Origin: an uncultured archaeon
Lineage (GTDB): Archaea > EX4484-52 > LFW-46
Reading direction: 5' to 3'
NCBI GenBank assembly: GCA_902384675.1
Contig: CABMCT010000031.1
Span: forward strand, 3,425-67,424
Length of the DNA: 64,000 nt
Both the position numbers and the translations under genes were made by a program. The notes beneath the pieces are model-generated. The model was not told the origin of the DNA, did no database searches, and saw only the letters and a program-made list of their open reading frames with translations. Of the stretch, positions 38,042 through 48,066 are shown in pieces. How positions within the stretch are numbered: position 1 is the first letter of the stretch; each line of letters begins with the position of its first letter.

Positions 38042-38605
38042 ATGCCGAAAGATTTCCACCATTTCAAGGGAAAGGGATTATCGCGCTCCGAGAAGCTGCA
38101 GCGCAAAGTGACCGAACTGATTCTTGAAAGCAAGATTCCTGATGAGGCGCGCGAAAATTCAAAAATATGGGAACTGAAGCATTCTGCAGGGTGCTGCCAG
38201 ATTGGAAGAATCCTGGCACAGAAAAGAGATCTTGATGTCGAGCTTTCGGAAATCATATGCACACTTCATGATATCTATGCAATTATTGAAGGAAAGTACA
38301 AGGAGCACGCAAAAAGAGGTGCGCAAATCGCCAAAAAGATGCTCATCAATTCTGGAGACTTTAAGCCAGAGGAAATAGAGATTATCACCGAAGCAATAGC
38401 GCAGCATAGCGAAAAAGAGGTATTTACCAATAAGCCTTTTGTTGAGCTGATAAAGGATGTCGATGCATTTGATTGCTCATTGTATGAGAACTCTGAGGCG
38501 TATTATCTTTTGCACAAACCTAAAGAGGTTTACGAGCAGTACGCAAAGCGAATCAAAAATGTACGAAAGGAACTTGATCTAAAAGCGAATAATGTCTTTA
38601 GGTGA
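38042..38605 (+). CDS. HD-domain phosphohydrolase-like protein
   Basis: H...HD spacing (LKHSAG...ICTLHDIYAI). Confidence 0.55.
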   Translation: MPKDFHHFKGKGLSRSEKLQRKVTELILESKIPDEARENSKIWELKHSAGCCQIGRILAQKRDLDVELSEIICTLHDIYAIIEGKYKEHAKRGAQIAKKMLINSGDFKPEEIEIITEAIAQHSEKEVFTNKPFVELIKDVDAFDCSLYENSEAYYLLHKPKEVYEQYAKRIKNVRKELDLKANNVFR

Positions 38606-40937
38606 TATGTTGAAAAATATTTTGTGGCTGGATGAACTCGATAAAAGTTTTGTTGCTCTTGCAGGAAGAAAAGGCGCAAATCTTGGAGAACTCAAAAAAC
38701 CGGGATTTCCGGTTCCTGACGGGTTCGTGATTTCTACCGGTGTTTATAAGGCGATTATCAAGAATTCCGGCTTGTCAAAAAAGATTCAGGCGCTTTTATC
38801 AAACTCGGACATGCAGGATATAAGGATGCTTAATGAAGTATCTGATAAAATACAACCGTTAATATTTGCCGCAGAGTTTCCGGAAAGTATCAAAAAAGAA
38901 ATACGTGAGGCTTATAAAAGAATCGGCGGTCTGGTTGCTGTCCGAAGTTCTGCAACCGCAGAGGATTTAGAATGCTCATCTTTTGCAGGACAGTATGCCA
39001 CGTTCCTGAACGTGACTGAGGGTACTCTTATCGAATCTGTTAAAAAGTGCATTGCATCTTTATTCACACCGCGTGCGATTTCCTATAGAGAGCAAAATCG
39101 TATAGGTAGTAAGGATATTTCCATTGCAGTTATTGTGCAAAGAATGGTTGATTCAAAGAAGGCAGGTGTTGCTTTTTCTATAAATCCAGTAACAGGCAAC
39201 AAAGGCGAAACAGTAATTGAGGCTGTATCCGGTTTAGGCACGCAGGTTGTCGGCGGGGAGGTTATCCCGGACAATTATGTAGTTGCAAAAGATGCTGGTA
39301 AAATAAAGGAATGCCACACTGCCAAAGAGCCTACTCTTAGCGATTCCGAGATTATCTTGCTTTCTGAAAGTATAAGGAAAATCGAGGCGCACCAGAATGC
39401 ACCACAGGATATCGAATGGGCTATTGATAATTCAGGCAAGATACATATTCTGCAAGCGCGTTCTGTAACCGCAGTAAGTCCGAAGAAATCCGTATGGAAG
39501 AAAATCATGGCACGTGAGTATGGTGTGCAGTATACTGAAATGTCCTTGCGCTCTTTGAGCCCTGAGTGCAGTTTTATAATTGATGCGCCTTTTTACGAAC
39601 ACGTGTATGTGCCCGAGGATAAGAACGAGGCTCTTTATGTGGATGAGGCGAAATGGAATGCCTTTGTTTCTTCTCTGAAAAAGACGTATTTGGAGAACCC
39701 GAAGAACTACGAGAAATTTGAAAAGCAATTCATGGAAACCGGTAGCAGTTATGTAAAAACTGCAGAAAAAATATCCGAATCTGCACTTAATGGCAAAACA
39801 AATTCAGAGTTAAAAAAGGATTATCTTGCATATCAGAAAGCGTCTCTCAGATACGCGCCGTTTATCTGGGTACAGTTTTTGATTAATAATTTTTTTGCAG
39901 AAAAAGCCAGGGAAATAATTGGCAGTAGATTGGGCAGCAGCGAAAACCTGCCTGCTTTGTATGATATTGCTCTGAGGCCTGATAAAAAAGCTGCAGCATT
40001 CCAACTAAGTAAAGCGGCTTCTGAATGGGAAAAATTAGATGATGCTGGAAAAACTGAAGTATATGAAAAATTCAAATGGATGCCTTGTATGGATATTCAC
40101 AATCAGCCATGGACAAAGGAAGAATTCTTTTTGCATGTATCGGAATTCAAAAAGCCTGAAAAAAAGCAGGTCTTATCTTACGAAGCATTGATAAAGCAAC
40201 TTAATCCGTCAAAGAAAGAAAAAGAGGTTCTGGACATCGCAAAAAGGCTTGCATACCTGAAAGACTTAAAGGACGATTTCAGGAGGCAGGGAGTATTTTA
40301 CGGGCAGATACTATTCGGGAATATCGCAAACAGAATGGGCATAACACTGGAGGCAGCTTCATATTTATTAGAGTCGGAGATTATTGATTTTCTTGATAGC
40401 GGCAAAGCAGCACAGAAAAGCATTATTGACGAGCGGAAAAAGGGCTTTGTAATCTACTTCCAATGCTCGAAAGAGCTTGGAAGGCTTGAAAATCAGAATC
40501 ATATGCAAGAAGATTTTCATGATTACACACCTCAAAAAACCATATCATGCAAGGCAGGGCGCGATATAACATCTGTAATGAATCTGCTTGGGATAATCGC
40601 AGCTGAAAAATTCTCTGAAGAGATAAAAGGGACACCTGCATCGCTTGGCAATGCGAAAGGCTGTGTGAGAATTGTAAAAGGAGTTTCGGATTTGGGTAAA
40701 GTTATGAAGGGAGATATTATTGTAGCGATAACCACGCATCCTGATTATGTGCCTGCTATGCAAAGGGTTGTTGCAATAGTGACAGATGAAGGCGGCATTA
40801 CTTCGCATGCAGCGATAGTAGCGCGCGAATTAGGGTTGCCCTGCGTGGTCGGCACAAGGCATGCCACAAAGTCGCTGAAGGACGGAGACATAGTGGAAGT
40901 TGACGCGAATTTAGGGGTTGTGAGAAAGATATTGTGA
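38592..40937 (+). CDS. PEP-utilising-enzyme-family phosphotransferase (PPDK-N ATP-grasp plus C-terminal phosphohistidine swivel domain; no TIM-barrel PEP domain)
   Basis: N-terminal LDELDKSFVALAGRKGANLGEL; C-terminal GGITSHAAIVARELGLPCVVG at the extreme end of the 781-aa protein. Confidence 0.85.
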   Translation: MSLGDMLKNILWLDELDKSFVALAGRKGANLGELKKPGFPVPDGFVISTGVYKAIIKNSGLSKKIQALLSNSDMQDIRMLNEVSDKIQPLIFAAEFPESIKKEIREAYKRIGGLVAVRSSATAEDLECSSFAGQYATFLNVTEGTLIESVKKCIASLFTPRAISYREQNRIGSKDISIAVIVQRMVDSKKAGVAFSINPVTGNKGETVIEAVSGLGTQVVGGEVIPDNYVVAKDAGKIKECHTAKEPTLSDSEIILLSESIRKIEAHQNAPQDIEWAIDNSGKIHILQARSVTAVSPKKSVWKKIMAREYGVQYTEMSLRSLSPECSFIIDAPFYEHVYVPEDKNEALYVDEAKWNAFVSSLKKTYLENPKNYEKFEKQFMETGSSYVKTAEKISESALNGKTNSELKKDYLAYQKASLRYAPFIWVQFLINNFFAEKAREIIGSRLGSSENLPALYDIALRPDKKAAAFQLSKAASEWEKLDDAGKTEVYEKFKWMPCMDIHNQPWTKEEFFLHVSEFKKPEKKQVLSYEALIKQLNPSKKEKEVLDIAKRLAYLKDLKDDFRRQGVFYGQILFGNIANRMGITLEAASYLLESEIIDFLDSGKAAQKSIIDERKKGFVIYFQCSKELGRLENQNHMQEDFHDYTPQKTISCKAGRDITSVMNLLGIIAAEKFSEEIKGTPASLGNAKGCVRIVKGVSDLGKVMKGDIIVAITTHPDYVPAMQRVVAIVTDEGGITSHAAIVARELGLPCVVGTRHATKSLKDGDIVEVDANLGVVRKIL

Positions 40938-41007
40938 ATTTAAGCACAAATTTGATATACCTAACGATATAAAAGAGTTTAGGCTAATTCCCTATAAAGC
41001 GGATTTT

Positions 41008-42168
41008 ATGCTTTCCAACATTCCCAAAATGAATCTCATCCAGTTTCTTTTTCATTTGCAGTTTTTCGCAGCGGTTACTGTGCCGTTTTTTACAGAATGG
41101 GGCGGGCTTAATTTCAGGCAGGTCATGCTGCTGCAGTCATGGTTTCTTTTCTGGGTTTTTGCATTTGAAGTTCCCACAGGAGCGTTTGCGGACAAATTAG
41201 GAAGGAAAAAATCAATAGTCCTTGGCTGCATTACTGCGGGTATTGGAGCATTTGTCTACAGCAGCATCCCAAGCATTTACATCTTTATGCTGGCAGAATT
41301 TTTGTGGGCTCTTGGCACTGCTTTTATTTCCGGGGCAGATGAGGCAATAATCTATGACACGCTCAAGACTTTCAAGCTGCAGGCGCGCTCAAAGGACACT
41401 TTCGCGAAATATTCAATGATACTCTCGCTTGCATTCATAATCGCATCGCCGCTTGGAAGTATTATTGCGGTAAAATTCGGGCTTAATTACCCTATGCTCT
41501 TTTCCGGAGTCCCGATGGCGCTGGCAGGAATTATTGCGCTGACGCTAAAAGAGCCGAAAAGAAAGGCAGAGACAAAACGGAATTATTTGTCCATAATGAA
41601 AGAAAGCATGCTATATATCAGGAGGCATCCGAAGCTGCGGCCGCTTGTGATTAATTCAATTCTGGGGGGTGCCCTGCTTTATTACATCCTGTGGCTGTAC
41701 CAGGTCATGCTTAAGAACTCCGGTGTGGGGATAGGGTTTTATGGCTGGGTTTCCTCGGGGATGAATATTTTTCTGATACTGCTCCTGTCGCAAATCACGC
41801 GGCTTGAGGCGCTTTTGGGAAGAAAAAACCTGATTGCTGCGACGCTGTTAATTCCCGGGATTGCTTTTGTTGCAGGGGCATTTATAACGAATTTTGTTGT
41901 TACTATTCTTTTGATACTTGCAATTTTTGGCGCATGGGGTTTCAGGGCCCCGCTTTATTCCTCGTATTTCAATGTGCACATTCCGTCAAAGAGCCGCGCA
42001 ACAATGCTTTCCTCGATTTCAATGCTCGCTAAAATAGCTGCGGCAGTGCTGAATCTGTTTGTCGGCGCAATGATGGACTGGTCGGTGCAGGGCACGATGA
42101 TTGCGATTGGGGTTGCTGCGCTAGGAGTTGCGGTTTTTAGCAGGGTGAGAGAAGAAGAGTTGAAGTAA
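41008..42168 (+). CDS. MFS transporter
   Basis: 386 aa, ~12 TM; GAFADKLGRKKS loop motif. Confidence 0.8.
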   Translation: MLSNIPKMNLIQFLFHLQFFAAVTVPFFTEWGGLNFRQVMLLQSWFLFWVFAFEVPTGAFADKLGRKKSIVLGCITAGIGAFVYSSIPSIYIFMLAEFLWALGTAFISGADEAIIYDTLKTFKLQARSKDTFAKYSMILSLAFIIASPLGSIIAVKFGLNYPMLFSGVPMALAGIIALTLKEPKRKAETKRNYLSIMKESMLYIRRHPKLRPLVINSILGGALLYYILWLYQVMLKNSGVGIGFYGWVSSGMNIFLILLLSQITRLEALLGRKNLIAATLLIPGIAFVAGAFITNFVVTILLILAIFGAWGFRAPLYSSYFNVHIPSKSRATMLSSISMLAKIAAAVLNLFVGAMMDWSVQGTMIAIGVAALGVAVFSRVREEELK

Positions 42169-42243
42169 TGATAGATGTTTTCTTGAAGAACACCGAAATT
42201 ACCAATGATAACGAATTTAAATCTACTTTAAAGTAGTACTTAC

Positions 42244-42972
42244 ATGGTTACGCTATTCGGTCCGTATAACCTTAATGAAGCCCGAGCAATCTCTATATCA
42301 GATCCTGTAGATTGTACATATTGGAAGAGTAGAACCCATCTTGAAGATGCTGGTGTGGGCGCTTTGCATCTTGCGGGCATAAAGAAAGCAGGTTGCAGGA
42401 GCCATCACTTTGGAGGAGAAATATCAACAATAACTTATCGCGGCGCGAAGATAGTACAATGCAATATTGATAATGCAGAAGGCGCTTACATTTGTTCGGA
42501 TAAACTAGCACCCGTTTTCTCCAAAGGGCTTGATTTGTTGATTGAGGAAAAGCTGAACCCAGAAAGCGAAATTAACAAAAGGTTAAGCGAAGGGCGCAAA
42601 ATGGTAGAAGAGGGGCTTAAAAGCGCCATTATGGATGCTGATGAACTTTCGAAGATAAAGCAATCAGCGATTTTTGAACTAATTGACGAACCTGCTTTAC
42701 GGGGCATGAAGAAAAAGTGTATACCTAAGTACGTTTCCGAAACAGAGTTGATTGATTTTATAGAAGGATTTTACCATCCGAACTTAGCAGGAAGAAATGT
42801 GAATATTGGAATGGTTCTTTATTATTTTAGTTTACCTGTCGGACATTTAATAGAACCTGCAATTAAAGAGCAAATAGATATCTTTAGGACATATAACTCT
42901 TTAGATGATCCAAAAGTTTGGGAGAACTGCTTGAGGCAAAATCCTGAAGAACTCTTATTTGGAGAAGAGTGA
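42244..42972 (+). CDS. Hypothetical protein
   Basis: 242-aa ORF. Confidence 0.45.
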   Translation: MVTLFGPYNLNEARAISISDPVDCTYWKSRTHLEDAGVGALHLAGIKKAGCRSHHFGGEISTITYRGAKIVQCNIDNAEGAYICSDKLAPVFSKGLDLLIEEKLNPESEINKRLSEGRKMVEEGLKSAIMDADELSKIKQSAIFELIDEPALRGMKKKCIPKYVSETELIDFIEGFYHPNLAGRNVNIGMVLYYFSLPVGHLIEPAIKEQIDIFRTYNSLDDPKVWENCLRQNPEELLFGEE

Positions 42973-42991
42973 TTTATCCGGTAAATACGCT

Positions 42992-43129
42992 TTATTTCTT
43001 AATCTCCGTGTACCCGCACCCGCCGCAGTAGACGCGGTTTTTCATCTGGGCCAGGAAATTCCTGCATTTGGGGCACTGCCTGTTCTTGCGAACAACGCCG
43101 CCTTCTTTGACTTCGTAAAGCTTCCACAT
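42992..43129 (-). CDS. rps27ae: Ribosomal protein S27ae (below ORF-track cutoff)
   Basis: MWKLYEVKEGGVVRKNRQCPKCRNFLAQMKNRVYCGGCGYTEIKK: C4 zinc ribbon in the S27a pattern. In-frame upstream KKPKSKNKHKNVQ suggests a longer N-terminus with a non-AUG start. Confidence 0.7.
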   Translation of the reverse strand: MWKLYEVKEGGVVRKNRQCPKCRNFLAQMKNRVYCGGCGYTEIKK

Positions 43130-43241
43130 TTGCACGTTCTTGTGCTTGTTTTTTGACTTGGGTTTTTTGGGAATAGTAATCGCCTGCGAACCATTAACGG
43201 TAATAAAGCTTTAAATATGTTTGTTTTGCGGGCTAATGCAA

Positions 43242-43961
43242 TCAGCGGGGGCGGATTATCTCGATAGTTACATTACGCATCAACAGTGATTCAGGCGCTC
43301 CTTCCATGTTTTTCGTTTTCTGCAGTCCTACATAGACGTCTATTTTCTTGCCTGTTACGCCAAAAAATTTATCATCCGCATAAAATGTCTTGTTCATTAG
43401 AAGCTCTTTAACCCATCCATAGCTATTCTCTTTTCCAGAACCTAAGTCCTTGAAACGTATTATAGTGCCGGGTGGAAGCGGCGGATTTACTGCTATGCTT
43501 GCCCGCTCGCTTGTCCATGATACGAGCTCATTCCCGTATGCTCCTAATGATTTATCAGAAAGATAATATGTTTTTCCGTTATCGACATTATAATCATAGT
43601 GCAGGAATTTGCCTGGGTTTCCTTTGCCATCACCCTTTCCGGCGCCATCTATCCTTATTTGTTCGAGGAAATCGCTTTTATAGAATCCCAGCGATTTCCC
43701 GCCTGAATCAAAGACCTCCACTTTATTGCCGGAATAAACATCCTCATTGACGTCCTGATAAGATGTAATTGTCCAGCCGGATGAAATTTCAAGATTTTCG
43801 GGCGCAGCAGGAGTTCCATTATTACTCCCGGTCGGGTTGGAGACATTCGATGGCGCTGCAGGATTATTCTTTGATTCCCTGTTCCCTGAAAGCGCAAATG
43901 CCGCCAGAACTGCAGCTAGTGCAATGCATCCTACAATTATCGCGAACTTTCTCCTTGACAT
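43242..43961 (-). CDS. Membrane-anchored 3D-domain (MltA/YuiC-like) protein
   Basis: N-terminal TM; C-terminal IAVNPPLPPGTIIRFKDLG...YADDKFFGVTGKKIDVYVG. Confidence 0.55.
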   Translation of the reverse strand: MSRRKFAIIVGCIALAAVLAAFALSGNRESKNNPAAPSNVSNPTGSNNGTPAAPENLEISSGWTITSYQDVNEDVYSGNKVEVFDSGGKSLGFYKSDFLEQIRIDGAGKGDGKGNPGKFLHYDYNVDNGKTYYLSDKSLGAYGNELVSWTSERASIAVNPPLPPGTIIRFKDLGSGKENSYGWVKELLMNKTFYADDKFFGVTGKKIDVYVGLQKTKNMEGAPESLLMRNVTIEIIRPR

Positions 43962-44221
43962 AAAATGCGCTCCCTTTCTTGGTTTATTTTCCAGTTTGGG
44001 TTCAATACCCCGTAGCTCTGCTACGACCGAACTGGAAAAGATAGAAAATTGCCGGTCGCCCGAAGGGCGAAAAATTTGCGCAATACTCCGCAGCTTGCTG
44101 CGGTTGAGATGTGCAAATTTTAGGCAATTTTCTTTATTAATTAATTAGCTAACCGCGCTTTTTTGATAGCTGCGGTCTACGCGGTTGGCTAAAATCTGAA
44201 CTTCTTTTTGCTTTTTATGTA

Positions 44222-47200
44222 TCAGGACACGGTTCCTTGTTTTCTGAAAAGTCCTGTCAGTAGGCGCTTTTTTGCCGCAAGATAAAGCGCAGCCAGAACT
44301 GCCAGGACCGTCAAGCCTATGACGCCCGCCCTTCCTCTGGAATCTGCAGATAAAAGGTTTCCGGTAACTTTACTTTCAGGCGTTGTACCCGGCGATGTTG
44401 ATAGGGTTGTCTGGTTGCTGGCATTGAGCGCGATCTGCCTGCCGCACGATTGGCTGGTTGCCGGGCGGTCTTTCTTTGTGTCGCACTTGTTGATATCTGC
44501 ACATTCCCTTGTTTGCGAGCCGTTAACACAGCCGGACCAGGAACTGCATATCCACCGCTCAGAGCAGGATCTGCTTGACGCTTTGGTCAGGCCGAGGCTG
44601 TCGGTAATTTCATCTTTTATTTCTTCCGCTTTCTGGCTGACAGACGCGCTCCATCCTCCGCCGCCGGATGAAGGCGGAACCTGGGGCGACATATCGTCTT
44701 CATTTGTAGTGTTCCCTGTCGAATTCCCTGTATTGTTGCCTGTAAAGTTTCCAGTGAAATTTCCGGTTGTGTTGCCAGTCGAGTTTCCTGTTGTATTTCC
44801 GCCGGTGTTATTTGTTGGCTGCGTCGGGTGCCTCAGGTTATATACATCCTGGCCCTTTATGAGCCTGAACCTGCTGTCGTTTTTTAGCATCTCAAGCGTT
44901 CTGGTATATGTGTCCCATTTTGTTTGATTGAGCGTATCGCTTGAGTCGTTGGTCCTGAAGTCCTGCTGGTGTGCCATCAGCGGAATGACCGTTGTGCCGT
45001 TTATGTAAAGCGCATGGTCATTCTGGAAGTCCAGCAGATTCTGTATTACCTCGTTCGGCTGCTTGAATATTTCATTTGGACCCGGGTGCCCGCTTTGCGT
45101 AAAGCTTACAGAGTACTGGGTGATGTCAAAGTCAGGCAGCGAATCGGTATAGCCGTGCTCAGGGGTTATATACTCCTCAAGATATATGTTGAACCCGAGG
45201 TCATGCACTGCCGAGCGTATGGTTGGGTCGAATCTTCCGTACAACTGGTTATATGTGCGGGGCGCGCTCACGTTGCTTGTGTTCAGGATTTGCTGCATTT
45301 TGCTTTTGAAGTAATCCTGGTCCGAGCCGATTATCGCCTTAACCTCATCGTACGACATATTGTCCAAATCTCTTTCGCTTGTTCCCTGGCTCTTGGTGGC
45401 AAGCTCGCAGTTTGGGCATTTGTACATATTGGCAACGGCATTGTTGAATTGCGCATCGTCTTTGATGGTTTTTGAATAAAAGCTGAATGTTACGCTTATG
45501 TTATTGTCCTGGTGCCATTTCCTGAGCTGGTCATAGAAGTAAAACCAGCCCGAATCTATGCTGCCGTCAATGTCGCCGATATAAGGCACTACATACGCTT
45601 TTAGTGTTGTTGCGTTTTTGGTTATGTTTTTGCAATCAGCAGTGCAGGTGCTATTTGCAGCGCCGTTCTGTGCGCCGAGGTCGCATTCTTCCGGCGCTTC
45701 TACTATGCTGTTGCCGCAAGTTGCGTTCACACTGTTATTTGAGCCGGATACGGATATTTCAACAGTATTGCTATTTTTTGCAGGCACGTTGAATCGGATA
45801 TAATCCCTGTTGCCTACAATAAGCTTGGTGAATCCTGTATCTGCCCCGTTTACAGCAACTTTGGAAACATTGCCGCTTCCGACGTGCACCCTAAGCGTCA
45901 GGCCTTTGTCGAATATCGTTGCGTTCAGCGGATTGACGACATTGAATTTTATTCCTGTTGATGTGTTTGCGATGTCAGTTACCGTGGTTGCCTGCCGCTC
46001 TTTTATGTATTTTGCCACGCTGCCGATAGTGTCGACCCATATGTTTTTGGTCTTAATGTAATCCATAATTTCCGGATTGTTGCAGTAGTCGTGGTAGACA
46101 TAATTTACCCAGTCCCGGTAATTCTCGGCTACATCTGCCAGCGTGAAATAATCCGGCGGGGTGTCGCCGAAATTCAGGCTGTTGACGCTCTTAAGATTCC
46201 AGAAATCTTCGGGATTCTTGGATTCTATCTGGTTAATGTGGTATCCTCTTGCAAACTGAAAGTACGGGGAAAGCCAGTCTGCATATTCAGGGAAATAATT
46301 GCCGCAGGGCCAGTCGTATGTGACTAATTTAGATGCAGGCATCCCGATATTTTGCGTGATTTCCGCGATATTCTCCTGCGTGTCGCTGGTTAAGAAAGTT
46401 TTATCAAGCGGCGTTGCTGTGCAGGCATGAGATACCGAATGTCCGCCTATCTCATGGCCTTTTGCGTATGCGTTTCTCCAGATATCCCAATCTGATTGAT
46501 TGTATGTGTTGGTATATGCCAGGAAATACGTTCCTTTGATGCCTTTTTCATCCAGCTTGTCCTGGCACACCGCCTTTACATAACCAAGCGTGGGCTGGAA
46601 TCCGTCGTCCATCGAGAATGATGCGGCACCTTCGGAGCAGTTTTGCCAGTTGCATACTTCAATAGAGTTGCTGCTTATTTTTCCGAAAGCGAACCTGTGC
46701 TCCATGCTGTACGGGTTTACTTTGCCGCTTGAGCTTGCACATTTGTAATATATTTCTGCGGAATTGTTTGCAGGCCTGGTCATATTATATGAATGAGTCA
46801 GGCCGTCTGTTGTCGAAAGACCGGTGCCGCCACCCATGATGAAATTCTTATCCTTGCCGAATTCGCATGTTGACGGAATATCGGTAGAGATTTGGAGCCG
46901 GACGCTGTTTTGCGAATCGTCAATCAGCTTGTCCTGTTCCGGGCTGGCTATGCTTATTTTCGGATAGGTGTCTGATGTGCCGCAAAGCTTTGCCGCATCT
47001 ATTGCAGCGAAGCTCCAGCCGCATGTCTCAACCATTGCCTTGTTTGTCTTGAAATTCAGGTCGCTGAAATTGTAATCTATATTGCAACTGCTGCCATTCA
47101 AGCCAAGGCCCCGGTCAATGGCGCCCGCCTGTGCAAGATACCAGCTGTTGTTTCTCCAGAACCAGACCCTGTTGATGCATAAATCATAATCGCCAAAAAT

Positions 47201-48013
47201 GGTCAGGTTTGCCGGGTATGTATACGGGAATGTTAATGTGATATTTGAAGGGACATTCCATGCCGCTTTTTGCCATGCTGTTTTCGGTGAAGGCGCAGTG
47301 CCGCAGTTTCCATCAGAATCCGGTGCCCCTGTCGCATAAATCGCTTCGTATCCAGGCAGCTCGCTTGACGATTCTGCACTTAACGCGTATGAGCATCCTG
47401 TTCCGGATATGTTCTCGATTTTACAATTTGCGCTGCAGCCGCTGCCTGCCTGGCCGTTCTGTGCGCCGAGGTCGCATTCTTCCGGCGCCTCTATCTTGCC
47501 ATTTCCGCAAACAGGGCCTGTCGGAATAGACCCGCACAATTGTACTGCATCAGTAGAGCTCCATGACCATCCGCATGTCTGGAGTATCACTGTGTCAACC
47601 GGGAAATTGGCATTTACATTACGTACAGAAGTGCAATTATTATCAATGCTGTTTTGAACCAATTGTTTTTTGCCTGTGGTGCTGTTTGCGACCCACATGC
47701 TATTTGTGCACATATCATAGTCGCCGATTACTGTGATGTTATTTGCATTAACTGAGGTGTTGTATCGCAATGTAAGGTTCGCCATAATGTTCCAGTTTTG
47801 CGGAGCCCATGAATAACCCGGGCCGCTCCAGTTGCTGCACTCCCCTCCGGACGGCGCATCAGGAATACCGATGGCGTATATTGCCCTTGATGCATCGCTC
47901 TCGGAAGTTGCGCTTGCCTCGGAGGCATATTGGCAGACATCTTCTGCATATGCGTTGTTCAACGACATCAGGGCCATAACAGCCAGTGCCGAAATCAAAA
48001 TTGATGTTTTCAT
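44222..48013 (-). CDS. Giant (1263 aa) secreted, C-terminally anchored protein with central CE4/NodB polysaccharide-deacetylase domain and Cys-rich CGNGxxExxEECDxGxxN repeats
   Basis: Signal peptide MKTSILISALAVMALMSLNNAYA. Tandem ~170-aa duplicated N-terminal domains, each ending CGNGKIEAPEECDLGAQNG. NodB motifs FSMDDGFQP and GHEIGGHSVSH. TGN(T/S/F)TGN low-complexity stretch; C-terminal TM GVIGLTVLAVLAALYLAAKKR. Confidence 0.8.
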   Translation of the reverse strand: MKTSILISALAVMALMSLNNAYAEDVCQYASEASATSESDASRAIYAIGIPDAPSGGECSNWSGPGYSWAPQNWNIMANLTLRYNTSVNANNITVIGDYDMCTNSMWVANSTTGKKQLVQNSIDNNCTSVRNVNANFPVDTVILQTCGWSWSSTDAVQLCGSIPTGPVCGNGKIEAPEECDLGAQNGQAGSGCSANCKIENISGTGCSYALSAESSSELPGYEAIYATGAPDSDGNCGTAPSPKTAWQKAAWNVPSNITLTFPYTYPANLTIFGDYDLCINRVWFWRNNSWYLAQAGAIDRGLGLNGSSCNIDYNFSDLNFKTNKAMVETCGWSFAAIDAAKLCGTSDTYPKISIASPEQDKLIDDSQNSVRLQISTDIPSTCEFGKDKNFIMGGGTGLSTTDGLTHSYNMTRPANNSAEIYYKCASSSGKVNPYSMEHRFAFGKISSNSIEVCNWQNCSEGAASFSMDDGFQPTLGYVKAVCQDKLDEKGIKGTYFLAYTNTYNQSDWDIWRNAYAKGHEIGGHSVSHACTATPLDKTFLTSDTQENIAEITQNIGMPASKLVTYDWPCGNYFPEYADWLSPYFQFARGYHINQIESKNPEDFWNLKSVNSLNFGDTPPDYFTLADVAENYRDWVNYVYHDYCNNPEIMDYIKTKNIWVDTIGSVAKYIKERQATTVTDIANTSTGIKFNVVNPLNATIFDKGLTLRVHVGSGNVSKVAVNGADTGFTKLIVGNRDYIRFNVPAKNSNTVEISVSGSNNSVNATCGNSIVEAPEECDLGAQNGAANSTCTADCKNITKNATTLKAYVVPYIGDIDGSIDSGWFYFYDQLRKWHQDNNISVTFSFYSKTIKDDAQFNNAVANMYKCPNCELATKSQGTSERDLDNMSYDEVKAIIGSDQDYFKSKMQQILNTSNVSAPRTYNQLYGRFDPTIRSAVHDLGFNIYLEEYITPEHGYTDSLPDFDITQYSVSFTQSGHPGPNEIFKQPNEVIQNLLDFQNDHALYINGTTVIPLMAHQQDFRTNDSSDTLNQTKWDTYTRTLEMLKNDSRFRLIKGQDVYNLRHPTQPTNNTGGNTTGNSTGNTTGNFTGNFTGNNTGNSTGNTTNEDDMSPQVPPSSGGGGWSASVSQKAEEIKDEITDSLGLTKASSRSCSERWICSSWSGCVNGSQTRECADINKCDTKKDRPATSQSCGRQIALNASNQTTLSTSPGTTPESKVTGNLLSADSRGRAGVIGLTVLAVLAALYLAAKKRLLTGLFRKQGTVS

Positions 48014-48066
48014 AATTGATCACTATGAATGATTTATTCTCCCAGGAAACTGCAGAGTACGCCCTG

